Part shown: positions 24,971 through 39,500 of the stretch, piece by piece
Layout: each line of letters opens with the position of its first letter
Position numbering within the stretch: the first letter of the stretch is position 1
Source of the DNA: Monocercomonoides exilis PA203
Lineage: Eukaryota > Protista > Preaxostyla
Length of the DNA: 64,000 nucleotides
Assembly: GCA_001643675.2 (NCBI GenBank)
Contig: LSRY02000033.1
Location: forward strand, 1,052,906 to 1,116,905
Reading direction: 5' to 3'
Made by a program: the position numbers and the translations under genes
The notes under the pieces: model-generated
Seen by the model: only the letters and a program-made list of their open reading frames with translations
Told to the model about the DNA's origin: nothing
Database searches by the model: none

Positions 24971-27900
24971 ATGAGTCAAAGGATAGATTCATACGCAAAT
25001 ATTGGGGATATACAGCCATTAGCCCCTTCTAGACTTGTTACATGGCTGGCAACATTATATTATCCTCTTTATCATCAGGTTATTTTTAAATTTTTCAATT
25101 ATTTTTCTTCACCTTCCAACTATATATCTATTTTTCAATTTTCATTTTGTTTAACTTTTTATGTCTTCTTTTTTTATGTTTAAAGCCAAAACATCCAAAT
25201 AAGAAATGGAGCATTATTTTGTGGGCAATTGAAACATTAGAATTAATTTCACTTGCCGTACATGATATAAATATGCAAACACATAATTCAGAAGAATTTT
25301 CATATGTATGTTTTTTTATTCTTATTCTTCTCAATAATTTGTTTTTGCCAACAGTATTTTGGATTTTTGAATGGAACAACGTACTCTTTGCTTTTAGGAA
25401 ACTACTCTTATATTCTGTTCTATGTTTTAATTGCCTTTCAGCTTTGCGTGCTATTATTTTGGGGATTTTCAGCATTGTTCTATCGTCGAATTATGAACAC
25501 TCAACCATGGATCATTGAATGTCTCAGAGGAACAATTTTAGCAATTAACACAATTCTTTACATACCGTTTATAAATATTTCAATATCCAGTTTTGACTGC
25601 TACAAAAATTCATTTTCAAAAAATATTGTTCGAGGAAGTAACATTTCATGCTTTAGAAATGATTATTTTCAAATAATCACTGCAGTTCTGAGCATCTTAA
25701 ACGTTTTAGCGTTTTTCTCTTGGACGGTTATTGTACGTCGCATGATTTTTATTCATAATCCTAAGCATGGAGGCTATTTTTCCAAGCCAAGTGGAACATT
25801 TTCTTCAAATTTATATATTCTTACATTTGGGCTTGTCTTTTGCATGCGAATGCTAACCGACTGGCCATTTTGGCGAGGCGTAGTTAGCATTGGGGTGTCT
25901 GTTTTGGTGGTGCTTTTTATCATTTTTAGGCAACCGTTTTACAAAGTCAGCGGAAACATTTTGAAAGCATCTCAGTTTGTGTTGTTTGGATGTGTAAGAT
26001 TTGGAGCAGAAATTGCTTCGAATACAAAAAAGTATGTGAAAAATAGAATTATTCTTTTTGTGGGATGTACGCTTGGTGGAGTGTGTGGGGGAAGTGTGCT
26101 CATCGTGTTGTGCTTGAAGATTATCAAAAGGCGAAGAATAAAACTATTTCTGTTGGACGAACAATTGCAGCCACTCGCTGATCCATCGCTCTATCAATCA
26201 AAAAAAGAAAAAAACGAAGCGAAAAAAGTGCCTTCCATTCAAAAGAATTGCGAAGAGGATAGGCCTGAAATAGAAAATGAAACGAAGAAAGTCAATTTGG
26301 AGAAAGTTGGAAGCGATGATGAAAATACCAAAGATGAACTGAACCATATTGGAGAGTTGTTCAAAGGAGCAGAAGTTATACGAGAAGAAGATGAAGAAGA
26401 GTTGTCAATCAATGAAGGCAAAACGAAAGAAGAAGGAGATGATCGCTTTGAAGTTTCTGATGAAAATAGAGGAAAGAAAGAGGACGATAATTCAAGTGGC
26501 GAGCTTATCATTGCGCACTCTCTTGCTGAGATGATGAGTGTGACACTGCACAGCCAAGAGCAACCACTGCCTGTGACATCCGAGCTCAGCTCAACACTTC
26601 ACCCGAGCACAACTTCAAACAGCATCACGCCACATTCGACATCTCTTCCTCACTCTTCTCAATCATCCTCATCTTCCTCATCCTCCTCATCGAACTCTGC
26701 AGCAGGTGCAACATGCTCTCCTCTTCTGTCATCCAATTCAGCAGGCTCCTCTTCTGCTTCCTCTTCTTTGAGCCACGATCTGATCCATCGGCTGCGTCTG
26801 AAGCATCCTTCGCTTCTTGAACCAGGCACCCGCTTCCTGCAGGACCCTTCCCTTTGCACTGAGCCCTACATCGCTTATGTGACCTTTCTGCACAAACAGA
26901 ACATACTCAGAAATTCACAGTCTGCGCAGTCTGTGATCGAGTTTGCGATGTTTCAGCGGTATTTCGTGAAGGACATGAAGAAGTTCCGCACAATCATGAA
27001 AGGAGCACGCGAATGCTTGGAGCGGTCGATGGGCACTCGGTTTGAGCTGTTTTGCTGGTGGAAGGAATATTCAGAGCGATATCGCAGCGAAGAAGAAGAG
27101 GAGGAGGAGGAAGAAGAAGGCAGAATGAGTGAAGAAGAAGAAGAAGATGATGATGATAACGTTGAGGAAGATGATTTTGGAGAGAACGAGTTCAACGTCG
27201 ATGAAGACTCCAACCGCGAAAATGAAGAAGACGAAGAGGAGGAAGAGGAAGGCAATGCAGACAATGCAGACGATGTTGGGTGGAAGAATCCGAACATGCT
27301 GAATGATGTGAATCCTTCCAGCAGCTCTCATTCAGACAGCATCAATCGGATGCCCTCGCTGACTCCTTCACTCTCATCGTCTTCTTCACACAGACAGTCA
27401 CATTATGTCCCTCGTGGCGGAAGAGATGGAACGAGAGAGCCGAGCGATCTGAGGAACGAAAGAGACATTGCACCAGACGCAGCAGTGGCAGCAGGAGGAG
27501 GAATAGCTGTTATCACCGAAGAGGCAACAGAACACTTCAAAACAGCACTTTCGATGAAGAAGTCTGTTTTTCTGCAGCTTCTGAAGATGAAGCGTTCTGT
27601 CATTCAGCTCAAAAAGGAAGAAAACGAGTTGCGTTCAAACAGCTTTGACGGATACAAAGATGCAGATGACAAAGATGAGCTGCAGAGGATAACAGGAGAG
27701 ACTGTTGTGCACAATTCGCTTTCGAACATCGCTCGCTTCCTGTCTCAAATGACAGCAGAGGCAGAAAAAGCACACGAGCTGCTGAACATGCTCCTGCGGG
27801 CAGACCCGTACAACATCGCCTTTCTGAAGATGAGGGGCATTCTGAGCAGAGAAGTGCTGGGCGACAGCGAAGAGGCAGAGATTCTGCTGATACGCGCATC

Positions 27901-30900
27901 ACAGCTATCGAAGAAGACAGACGAAGAGGCTGAGCTGCTGAATGCACTGGAAATTGTCTCCAAAGAAAAGCGCGAAGAGGCGAGTGTTGCTGCCGAACAG
28001 CGCTGGGTGAAGAAGATAGACTCAGAGAAGCTGAAGGAGAAGGCAAGCACAGAGGCACTTGAGGCAGAGCTGGCGAGAATGACTAAAAGATTGCAGAGTC
28101 TGAAGAATGAGAACAAAAACGAGAAAAAAGAAGGAGCTGAGTCGTTGCACAAGCGAGACGAAAAGAGAAGAAACGAAAGGAGGAAGACGAAGACACAGCT
28201 GATACAAAAGGCATCGACATCTTCCAATGAAAACACTCCAGCGAGTGTTCAGAGGCAGAACACAAACAGCCATTTCGATTGGGCACGAATGATAAACGAT
28301 GCCCCATCATCAGCCTCAGAGAATGTGCACTGCCATTCTCAAAGTGCAGGATTGGGGTTTGAAGGGCTGAGAGACTACAGCGAAAGCAACTCGATGTCTG
28401 TGGAAAGCACCAATCGCCTGGCCATTGCACCGCCAATCTCTCCGATCAGCCAGGCGCAGTCAGCAGCAATGCAAAGGAGCTTCCAAAAACTGAACATTTC
28501 TCTGTCATCCACTCGGCGCTCTTCCTTCCAGACTCCAAGGAGCCAGCTGTCCACACCTTACCTGACTGCCTTCGAAGGTGGAGAAATGGAGCAATTCGGC
28601 CCAGGAAGCGAGATGGAGCCGCTGATGTCTGTCCGCAGCGATGCCTCGTTCCGCACGTCGCTGTGGGAAGACGAGGACAGCCCGAAGCTGTTTGTTATGC
28701 CACGCTGCTTTTCAGACGAGTACGACGAAGACATCAACCGAGATGCAGCACGCACTGACCGCTCTTCTCTGAGCGAGGCGTCGTTCTACATCGGCAGCGG
28801 CAATCACTCGCCTTCTCGTCGGAATGCCAACGCCATCACATCGCCCCGCACAGGCAATGCATTCGGCGCCAACCGCAAGGAGACATTTGAGCAGCAGCGA
28901 AAGAGAGCAGCAGAAACAATGAAAGGACTGCATTCAGTGCACACCTGCGATCAGATGGCGTATCTGCTACAGAGAAAGAGTGTGGCATCGCTTCGGCCAG
29001 TGCGGACAGGTATTGAGTCTCTTCTGACGAGCAAGTTTGTGGGAAAGAAGAAGTCGAAGCAGAAGGAGATTGTGCGATCGATGAATGAAGAAGAGAAGCG
29101 GAGCCTTCTGAAAGAGGCAGAAAAACGAAAGGAATTCATCATCAGAGAAAGAAAAGAGAAGAAGAAGGAAGAAAGGCGAGATTCGTGCTTTTCCAATGAA
29201 GATGACACAATCATGAACGACTTGATGAGAACAAGAGAATCCGATATTTATTCTGGTCGCAACTCGAATGAACAGCCATCTTCTTTTGCCTCAACAACAT
29301 CACAAAATGGTGCACGCTCTCAACCGTTGGGCCTTTCTTCTTCTTCCTCCTCCTCTTCCTCAAGCACTTCCTCTTCTGATTCGCTTGCCCCTCGTAAATC
29401 AGATATTTCTCCTTCATACATCCTCTCCAGCTATCGCAAGCAGACGATGGCTGTGCATCATGCCACACTCACCCGCAAGTCCTCTTCCTTAACGTGTCTG
29501 CAGGTGTCTGTCATTCTCCTCAATCTTCTACTGGCTGCTGTCTTTCTGTCTTCAATGGTCATCTTCATCGTCCTCACAAACACTCAACAAAAGCACATCC
29601 AACAGCTGAGCGATGTCTGCAGAATATCAACATCAGCCACTCACATCGCATCTTTTGCATTTCAAATACTGACTCATATTTATCAATCAACCACTTCATC
29701 CTCATCTTCATCCTCATCCTCATCCTCGTCTTTGTCTCCTCCTCCTCCTCCTCCTCATTCTTCTGCAACAGAACACACTTCACACACTTCTTTGAATACT
29801 TCAAATTCATTTCCAAATCAGTCTTCATCAAACATTCCATTTCAGCCACAACATCTTTCTCTTGCTTCGTTGGATGCATCATCTGAGCATCCTTTTCTTC
29901 TTCCTCTTTCCAACATCTCCAAACACATCAAAGAACACGAACTTCTATTGGATCGTCTTGTTCCTCAGCTCTACTCGTTTGTGGGTGAGTGGTCCCCCTG
30001 GGAGACATACAACCTCCACACTCTCGTCTTCGTCTTCGAGAACCAATCAACTTCTGCTTCGAATTCTGCTCTGGCATCAAATAACACACTTGTTTTAGCA
30101 TCTTCACCGCCATTTTCGACCTCACCGTGGGTGGTGCAGAGTGTCATGAACCAAACACAGAACGTGTTCACTGGGCTTCTCACAGCTGCTCAAATGGCTG
30201 GACGGCTGGGTACAGTCAGCGACGCAACGCTGTTGGACGATCCTGAGCCGATGCTGGCTGACTCGCTTTTCTGTGTCACTAACATTTTCCAGCCGATCCT
30301 CCAGGGAATGAAGAGGGCTGTGCTGGGTTTTTATGACGAGACGATCAAAGAATTGAGCAGGATCATCACAATTGTGCTTGGCATTGCAATCGGAGGAACA
30401 TTGTTTTGTGTTCTGCTTTTGTGCTTGGCGTTGCTGTATTTTGGGTTTGTTGTGACAAAAGAGAGGAAGCAAGTGATGCAGCGGGCTGTTGGACTGTCAC
30501 AGACACAGGTGCACATCATTTTGCGAGCAATGGCAGATGAAGAAGAAGCAGAAAAGAAACGAACCGAGGAAGAGCAAGAAAAGATTGAGCAAAGAGAGAA
30601 GGAACACGAAACAGTGATGGCAATAGAAGGAGAAAGGGAAGAGCAGAGGCGTCAAGTGAAGGAGCAGCGAAGAGAAGAAGCAAAGAAATGGAAAGAGGAG
30701 AAAGCAGTGTTGCGGAAAAAGAGAAAAGAAATTCGCCAGAAAATGCAGAATTTGCATGCACAAATGAAAGAGGAAAGGAAGCTGCAGAAAGCCAAACGGG
30801 GAGGATCACATTCACATTTGCCGAGTGCTTCTTTGCGCAAGTCTCCACTTGAGCAATCCTCCACAGCAATGGCAAAAGTGTGCCCGACTACCTCACCTTC

Positions 30901-33900
30901 TCTCGGCATCCTCACAAAATATGCGGCAGACGAGAGACAGACACCTCACACAAGGATAGCCAATCATGCTGGTCTGTATCAGTCACACGTCTCCCAATCA
31001 TTTCAGCACTTCAGTCCGCATCCCTTTCCCAAACAGTTCTATTCTGCTTCATCATCACCACGCTCACTACAGATCTTCCATCCGTATGAAACACCGCACA
31101 GCACAACGGACTCTCCTCAGTCGTATTTTATTCCAGACGAACGAAGCGAGATTCTCTCTCCTTATTCACCCACACGCTGTGTGGAGTCGATGAATCCGCG
31201 GAGTGCTCGAATGAGAGACAACTTCTCACCCTTTTTTCCGGTGCAGGCATCACCTCGCGTCGGATACCCAATTCTGTATGCCTCAACTTCTCAAGTCAGT
31301 CTTCCTCAGTCGAACTCAGCCACTTCGCTTTCTAAGCTCACCCACCAACAGACACCAATAATGCCAATTTCCACCTCCCCGTCTGTATCTCCTCGCTTAT
31401 TCTACAGTCCAATACCCCATCCGCAGCAGGACATTCCATTCACACAACGTTCGACATCATACCAGCAGCTACCACCGCCTCTGCATCCATTCGTATCTCC
31501 ACTTTCGACTGGAAACATCGCAATGTACCAGCAACAGCAGCAACCGAAGCATCCACTTGCAGTCTCTTTCAATTCAGGCTCTGACTCAACATCGGTGACT
31601 CCTGCAAACACTCCCTCAATTTCTCTATCTCCGTCGGCTTCTCCTCAGCCAATTCTTTCCACAGACTCTCTTTCCAACCTTTGCGAGCCTTTCGTGCCTA
31701 ACAGAAACGCTGCGTTGTCTCGTCCAAACTCGTCGCACTCGATTGCTCCTGCCTCTTCTTCAAATTCATCCTCCTCCTCCTCTTCTTCTTCTTCTTTTCA
31801 CCCTTCGCTTTCTGCTGTTCCATCTGATTCTTCAGCTGCTGCTCCATTTTTGAATCAGTCTCAAAACAATACAATTTCTCCGTCTTCATCTGAACATCGT
31901 TATCAGTCGGATCTAAAAAATGCACATTCTCCTGAAATACCACAAAGTTCATTGCAAACTTCTTGTAATGAAAGCAAAGAGCAAACTAAGCTTAATCAAT
32001 CTTCATTGAACAACCAATCTGACACAAAGATTCCTCAACCGGTTTCTGCTGAAGCACATTTTCTGCCTTTCAAATCACAGAAAGATTCGAATTCTTTGTC
32101 AGAATCGAAAATGGAAGCAACAGAAAAAACTCTTCAATCAACTCATAAATCTGATATCCCGCAAGAGATGGAACAAGAGAAACGACAGAAAGCAGCACAA
32201 ACTTCGTTGAGAAATGAAACTTTGCAACAGTCTCATTCAACTTCTGTAATTCTGACTGGATATCAATCGAAGGATATTCTTGCTCAGCCTGTTCCATTTG
32301 AGCCTCCCAAGGAATTAAGTGTTTCATCTATTCCTCCTTCGAAGGAAGCAAATATGACGAGCACAAATAACTTAAATAAAGATAATTCATCAAATGAAAA
32401 CAACAATATGCCAGAGTTTCGTGTTGATTCTGTTGGAAATTCCACTTCTGAAAAAAAGGCAGCCTCTTCTTCCGAAATACCCAACATAAAACTGTCGAAC
32501 GCGATCGACACTCCAATGGCCAATTCATCTTCTCCATTTGCACAAGTTGCACCTGCAGAGTTGTCTCCAGTCACTTTGAGTCGTCTTGAAGCAACGTTGA
32601 CAGCAAAAGACGAAGCATTTACCGCACAACTGCTTCAGCAATTGGAGGAAATCCAAAAAGCACAGCAGCAACCTCTTTCATCAGAGCAAGTGGTGCTTGT
32701 GCAGAGGATTATTGAGAATCACCACGAAGAGATGAATCTGATGTGGAGTCAGATGGTTGTGGAAGAGCAGAAAGCGAAAGAGTCGTCGATGATGCAGGAA
32801 ATGATGGTGCAACAGCAAGGAAAAATGGAGCAGCAGCTGGAAAAAGTATCTTCAGAAGCTGATCAATCGATTCAGCAGACAATGGAACGGATCAAAGAAC
32901 TGAAAAGGATGCAAATTGCTTTGTCGAAGCAACAAGAAGAATGGGAAAAAGACGAAAAAGAAAGACGTGAGAAAATTATGTCTCTTATTCGCACAAGCCA
33001 CCCATCAGTTCAGCATCCAACAGAAGTCCATCAAACAGCCACAACGACAGCTGCAGATGCAACTTCAAAGGACGGTGCTACAATTCCTCTACCAAAGCTT
33101 CCTCCAATGCTTTCTCTTCCAAAGATGTCTGAACTGAATTTAAATAGCATTCAATCACCTTCCAGCAAGTCTTCGCCTCAGGTCGCCTCTCCTCATTCAC
33201 CAGGATCCGTTGTGCCTTCCACTGAAACAGATCCAAGCAATCTAGAAATATTAAAGCAGCTGTATGAACAACTTGTGCAAAGGCAACAATTGCTAAGGCA
33301 ATTAATGATGACAATGTCACCGCAAGCACTTGCAGCTGCAAAAGTGGAAGATGAGCAGCTGCAACAGCAAATCACTCAAACGGCACTGGCTTACGAACTT
33401 CAACAACAAGAAGTGATACAACAACAGCTGTTACTGCAATATCAGCAAGCACTGTTAGCTCAACAGCAGGAGCTCGTCAAAAAGAATAAAGAAGCTGAAA
33501 GGAAAGCAAAGGAAGAGCAAGAGATGAGGGAAAGAGAGGAAAGAGAAAAGAAAGAGAAAGAGGAAAGAGAAAGGAAGGAAAGAGAAGAGAGAGAACGAAG
33601 AGAGCAAGAAGAAAGAGAGCGAAGAGAAAGAGAAGAGAAAGAAAGGGAGGAGAATGAAAAAAGAGAAAGAGAAGAAAATATGAGAAAAGAACAAGAAGAA
33701 AGAGAAAGACTTGCCAGAGAATCTGCTTGTCAGCAAGAGCTCCAATTCAGCGAAGAAGAAATGACGGAACAAGAAAAGCAGTTTCAACAGATTTTGCTTG
33801 ATGGGATGCAAACTCAGATACAACTTCTTCAGCAGCAACAGCAACTGCTGGAATTACAACAGCAGCACCAGATTCTAACTGAGCATTTGCTTTATCATCA

Positions 33901-36124
33901 GAATGATGTCATACCTCAAAATGGGGAATTGCATCAAAGTCTCAAAGAAGGCGAAGGAGAAAGCTCCCACGCAACTTACCCTGCTGTCCAACAAAAGCAA
34001 TCAAGCTCAGAGAAGTTGATGGACTATCAACCGTCAAATGGAGGCGTTCATTCACATAACCAGATGTCCACGTTGAATGATTACGATAACTTTGAGTCAC
34101 TGATCATTCCGCAATCTCCTATGGGAAATCTTCCTTCTGAAACAACAGAGTCATTTGGCGAACCTTCTCCAGTTTCGCCACATGTATCTCCAACATCCCT
34201 TGTGCTTCCTCAATGCCCACTTACATGGATATACAATGATATTACCATTACGTACGATGATGGTGACCCTACAAAAGAACTAAATAGGGGAATATTCCAT
34301 GGAAACGATATTATTGATGATTCTGAATGGGAAGCTGAATTTAACGAAAAAGTTTCTGAATTAAACGCTGCTTTCACATTAATTCCGTCAATTTTACCAA
34401 AATCCTTTTTTGGCCAATTGTTTGTAACTGTGCTTGTTCCATTCATAACAATTGCTTCTTTAACTGGGTGTGTTGCTATAATGGCCAACGATCAAAATGA
34501 TATGAGCACAACTCTCATCCTTTCATCTTATCGCCCATCAATTATGCAGATTCTTCTCTATCTATCACTCCGGATGGTATACAACATGTCACAAATAGAT
34601 ATACCTCTTCATGAATTTCCTCTTTCAACAAATCCTGTTTGGAGGGATACATCACACCTTTCAAGTGACATTGAAGTTTTAGCGAATCTTTTGCAGGAGT
34701 GGAGCATTTACAATACAAAAGTTAATAGAAGGGTATTTTATGGAGCGAACGAGAAGACCAACACAACAGATGAGTTGATTGATGGAATAAAGGCTCAAAG
34801 ACTTTCATCTGACATAAATGCTGAGCACCTTCTAAGCGAGAAAAATTGCTTTTTGAGCGACCTGTGGAACGACACTGAGCTTGGGTATCCGACAGAAGAA
34901 ACAGGTTGTAATAATCTTGATCCAAATAGGATAGACACCCTTTCACCTCCATTCTTTGGATATGCAATGCTCCAATCAAAGCTGCAACAACGCATATCAG
35001 TTCTGTGCAAAAGGTTGAAATCGAAGGAAATTGACTCATTAGTTCCAGTGTATAGTGACCTAAGTTACGTAATGAGTTCGATCAGGAATGATGCTACAAA
35101 CGCGGTCGATGAACTCTCACAGCAGATCATTAACAGACAAAGATTCCAAATAAAGCAAGCACAAATTGCTGTTAGTGGAATCGTGACCGTTGGTCTGATT
35201 CTGTGCTTATTAACAACTTGCATGTGCGGATTGAAAGCTAAAAAAACACTTGATTCAATATCTGTCGAGACAAAGCAACTTCAGGGAATGATTCCTCCCA
35301 CAGTATTCTTCTCAACTGACACTTCAATTGTTATGGAGAGTTCACTTTCAGAATCAACAGAAGAAATGATAATGCCTCAAGAAACAAATGATCTTTCGGT
35401 GAAGAAATCTCAGTCACCAACAAATTCACGTATGAAGCAGTATTATGTATCTCCTTTGACTTCTATTCCTTCTTCCACACAATCACTTCTTTTGAATACA
35501 AACGCAAATCAACAATCATCTTCTCATCTTACGTACAAGCATCTGTTTCCTTCGATGATTACTTCTGTTCCTCTTTTTGACCGGGGCAGAGAACGGATTT
35601 TGGCTTCAGTGGAAACAGTGCTGAGCATTCTTGACAACAATTGCAACAAGGATTCCACACTTTTAACGATTGAGCAGCTGATTAACTTTGTTCACAAACA
35701 ATTCTGTTACGAAGAGCATTTGATGGAGATGATGAAAGAGAGAGTGTCTCAACAGAAAAATCAACAGTTTTCATACAACAATCAGCAATCTACAAGCTCT
35801 CTTTCAGCAGTTCTACCATTTTCTGCAAGATCAACATGTACAGTTACATCTGCACAAAGGCAGTTAGTATCATCTCCTCATTCACCCACAGATACCAGCG
35901 AATCTTCGTCTTCCTCGGCTTCATTTTTTGCTTTGCTTTCTCATCACCACACGCAGCATATGATTATAAGGCACAGGCTAACATTTCTGGTGCCACATCT
36001 TTTGTCGTCTCGCAATGCTTCCAGAATTGTTTCAACGAAAACTCTTATTTCTATTTTTGATTCTCATTTTTCGTCTGATGACGTTCTGTTGAGCCATCAT
36101 GCCCAACAGATATTTCGTCTCTAA
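24971..36124 (+). CDS. Giant (~3700 aa) TmcB/TmcC-like multi-pass membrane signalling protein with C-terminal hemerythrin-like domain
   Basis: Two short 5' introns join to the 3606 aa ORF. N-terminal TM bundle, a TPR-like block (AHELLNMLLRADPYNIAFLKMRGILSREVLGDSEEAEILL), two TM-pair/extracellular modules, and C-terminal TSVPLFD..QFCYEEHLM..HHTQH..SHFSSDD. Confidence 0.7.
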
Positions 36125-36543
36125 TTAATACTTTTACAATATTATTTTATAATGTTAAAATAATTATCTTTTTTTGAAGTATGTATGTCGTTGTTTGAGT
36201 TTGTTGTGTATGTTGTTATGAAGTTTTTTATTAATTGTTAAAAAGATGCTTGTCAAAGAGTGGATTAAATTCTTGGCCTCATAATTTTTATTATAAAGGA
36301 TTTTGTTTCAGCAATGCTATTTTTCTGCGTTGAAATCAAAAAATGATAATCTGTCACAAAATTTTTGAGCAAATACAAACTTAAAAAATACATCAAAAAA
36401 AGCAAAACGAACCTCAAAAAGGAATAAGAAATTAAGCTTAATAATTCAATATGAAAATATAGTTATAATTACTGCGCATGAAAAGAATGCTTTAAAAAAT
36501 AAAGGTTCAAAAAATTTATTGAATGTATCTCAATCTAATTGTG

Positions 36544-39500
36544 TTATTGAAGCAGAACTGGAGCTAGCAGCAAAGTTGGGTCTGTGGTGGTGATTTGTGG
36601 TGTTTGTGATTTGTCAGTCGTTTGTTCAAGATATGCTAAAAGCGCATCAAAAGTTCCATTTGGAAATTTGTTTAAAAATGTCGTCAAGAAACGAGTAAGC
36701 CATCCAATTTGATCATCCTTCCCAACTGATCCAATTTGATATGCAACTTCTTCTTCTGGTGTTGCTCCGATGTGAACAACATTCGGCGTGCCTTTTTCGA
36801 TGATATCATCTTTCATTTGTGTGATTGTTGACAAATTAAACATCGAACCAGAATGACAGCAATCAGATATCAAAACTATTCGCGTATCACGATATGCTTT
36901 GCTAACTATCAAGTCACAAAGGCACCAATCTATAATTACTCCAGGGTACAACCCTTGCACAGTCATTTCAAAATCTTCAAATAAAAGCCCCTCACTACCG
37001 CGTGATGTTGCCATCATTTCTCTTTCTGTTATCTCTTCATCGCTCATCCCTTTTCTCCTCATTGACTCTGTCAGCTTTGCTTTGTCTGCCATCGACACAG
37101 GAAATGAATAATATGAGCATTTCCCCCTCTTTTTGATTCCTGTTGGATCGTCTATTTCTCCGCCATGACCAGAGAAAAACTGAATGAATTCGTCGCCAGC
37201 ATGGTCCAACAGCCAGTCCATCCACTGATAACACTCCAACGAAGAACCATCACACCTGTAAAAGATCGTGTATCCTCTTTGCCTCAAAATTTTCGCCAGC
37301 ATCAGTGCATTATTCAGTGGTCCTGCTTCCAAACTATTATCTCTTCCCTCGTAAGGATTGATAAACATCCCACACAATCTTTCAAAGCGATGTCTATTTG
37401 GAAGCTGCTCCTTAGACAAGCGTGCAAAGTTGATGCATCCTAAGCCATCTAATCTGCGCAGTTTCTCACCGTAAATGGTGTTTTCATAAGGGTATGGCTC
37501 TCTCAACACATCTAACAAATTTAACCATCTGCTTTCCTGTCTCAGTTCTTCTATTGGAGTTAATCCAACAAATTCGGTTGGAAGTTCTATTGTATTGTCT
37601 GGGCCAAGTGCTTCTAAAGCATCAACCAACATTTCTGGAGAGATATCATTCAGCTGCATCTCCCTTTCACCAGCGATCAGTGGTTGAATAATCGGATTGA
37701 TAAGTAACTCGTCCGATGTAGTTGTGGTTTGCATGTGCTGTTCATTTTCCAGTGCTTTTTTCATCAATGCCTCCAATTTAAAGAAAGAAATACGTGGAAT
37801 TGCTTCAATCATTGAAATAAAACTCATTGTGAATACATCTTTGTATTTTCCACCTCCATAGCTCCGTCTACGTAATGTTTCTCCGTGCCTGCATGCACCA
37901 ATATGCACAATATTTGGCAATGTGCGTTCAAACATTGCTTTATATTCAATGCTAGTTGGATCCATTGTGTCCAGCTCATCTATGCCCAAATTGAACATGT
38001 CTCCGGATGTGTTAGCAATTGTAATCAGCACAATTCTCATTCTTGGAGAATAAACTTTCCTCATCACAAGATCATGTAAAATGGTATCTTGAATATAATC
38101 ATCTCCAATTCCATTCACTTTCTTCCGCATCTTGGCACCTTGTTCCGCTGTAGTTGTTCCAGGTTCTTTGCCTTTTTCTCTCAATTCTCTGAGCCAATCG
38201 TCTTTCGCATCCTCATTCATAAACATCAGAGCATCTGCTTTATTTCCTCCCTTTAGTGTTTTGACACCAACTACATTTGTCGACATTCCATTGAAAATAC
38301 TCACAAACTCGCGTTTAACATGCTCCAGAAGCCAATCCATCCAATGATAATACTCTGTTGCTGTGGGGTCGATGAAGTAAAGCACTCGATATCCTCTCTT
38401 CACATACAGCTTGGCATACAAAATGGCATCATCCACAACTGCTGCTTTACTTGAATCTTGTTGCGGGTTCATCGATTTCGTGTTTGTTGTCACGAACAGC
38501 GCGCAGCAGAAGTTGACAGTCACATTCGGAAAAGTATCAGTCGTCAGGCGATCGAGATTGATGCATCCAATTGAGTCCAGAAATTGCATGTGCTTTCGGA
38601 AGCGCGAGAGATATTCAAAGGGTCGCCTCATCAAATCTGCAAAACGAATCCATCTGCGTCGCTGTGCAAGTCCTTCATCAGCTGTAAACACATCAATCTT
38701 TGGCAGTTCGTACAATTTCTTAAAATAATTTTCACGTGCTTCGTTTGGATCAACCACAGGAGCCTTACGATGTGCATCTGCTGGCTGTTCAGCAATCAAA
38801 TAGTTGATCATCTCGTTTGTCTGTCTCTCTTGTTCTTCGAGTTCTTCTATTTGCATCAGAATTGCTGGAAGATCATCTTCCTCTTCACCTTCGTCTGCAA
38901 TAAAAGGAAGCATGTCTTTTATGAATCTTTCTTCTTCTTTCTGTTTTTCTTTTTCTTGCTTTTCTCTTTCCTCCATTTCTGATATCAGCTTCAGTGCTTC
39001 CTCCAATTCTTGATCGACAGCTTGATTTTTCGCTTCTTTCCCTTTTTCTGCTTTCTGCTTTTGTTTTTCTATTTCCTTCAGTTCTTCTTGCTCTTTTCTC
39101 TCCATCTCTTCAATTTGGGAAAGTGCTTCAGCAAACCACAATTCTTCCTCCGGATCTTTTTCCTTCCATTCCTCCATTTCTTTTTCTTTTTCTTTTTCCT
39201 GCTTTTCAAAAGGGTATCTTTCTTCTCTTTTTTCATTTGGAGCAATTTCTTGTCTCTCTAACTCATTTTGTTTGTTAGCATTTCTTTTTCCAACTGATTC
39301 ATTTTCTATCTCTCCTTTGAATTGGGTTTCTTGTGCCTCGCTGTTCACCCAATCCAGCTGACATTTAAAGAAATGCTCATCAAATTGCTCGACCGTCTGA
39401 AAGTGTTTGTGGCAAATGCAGCATTCGATATTATTTGTCTGAGGTTGTTGTGTTGAGGATTTTTCAAATGATGTTGAATAAGATGAAGAAGAGGAAGAGG

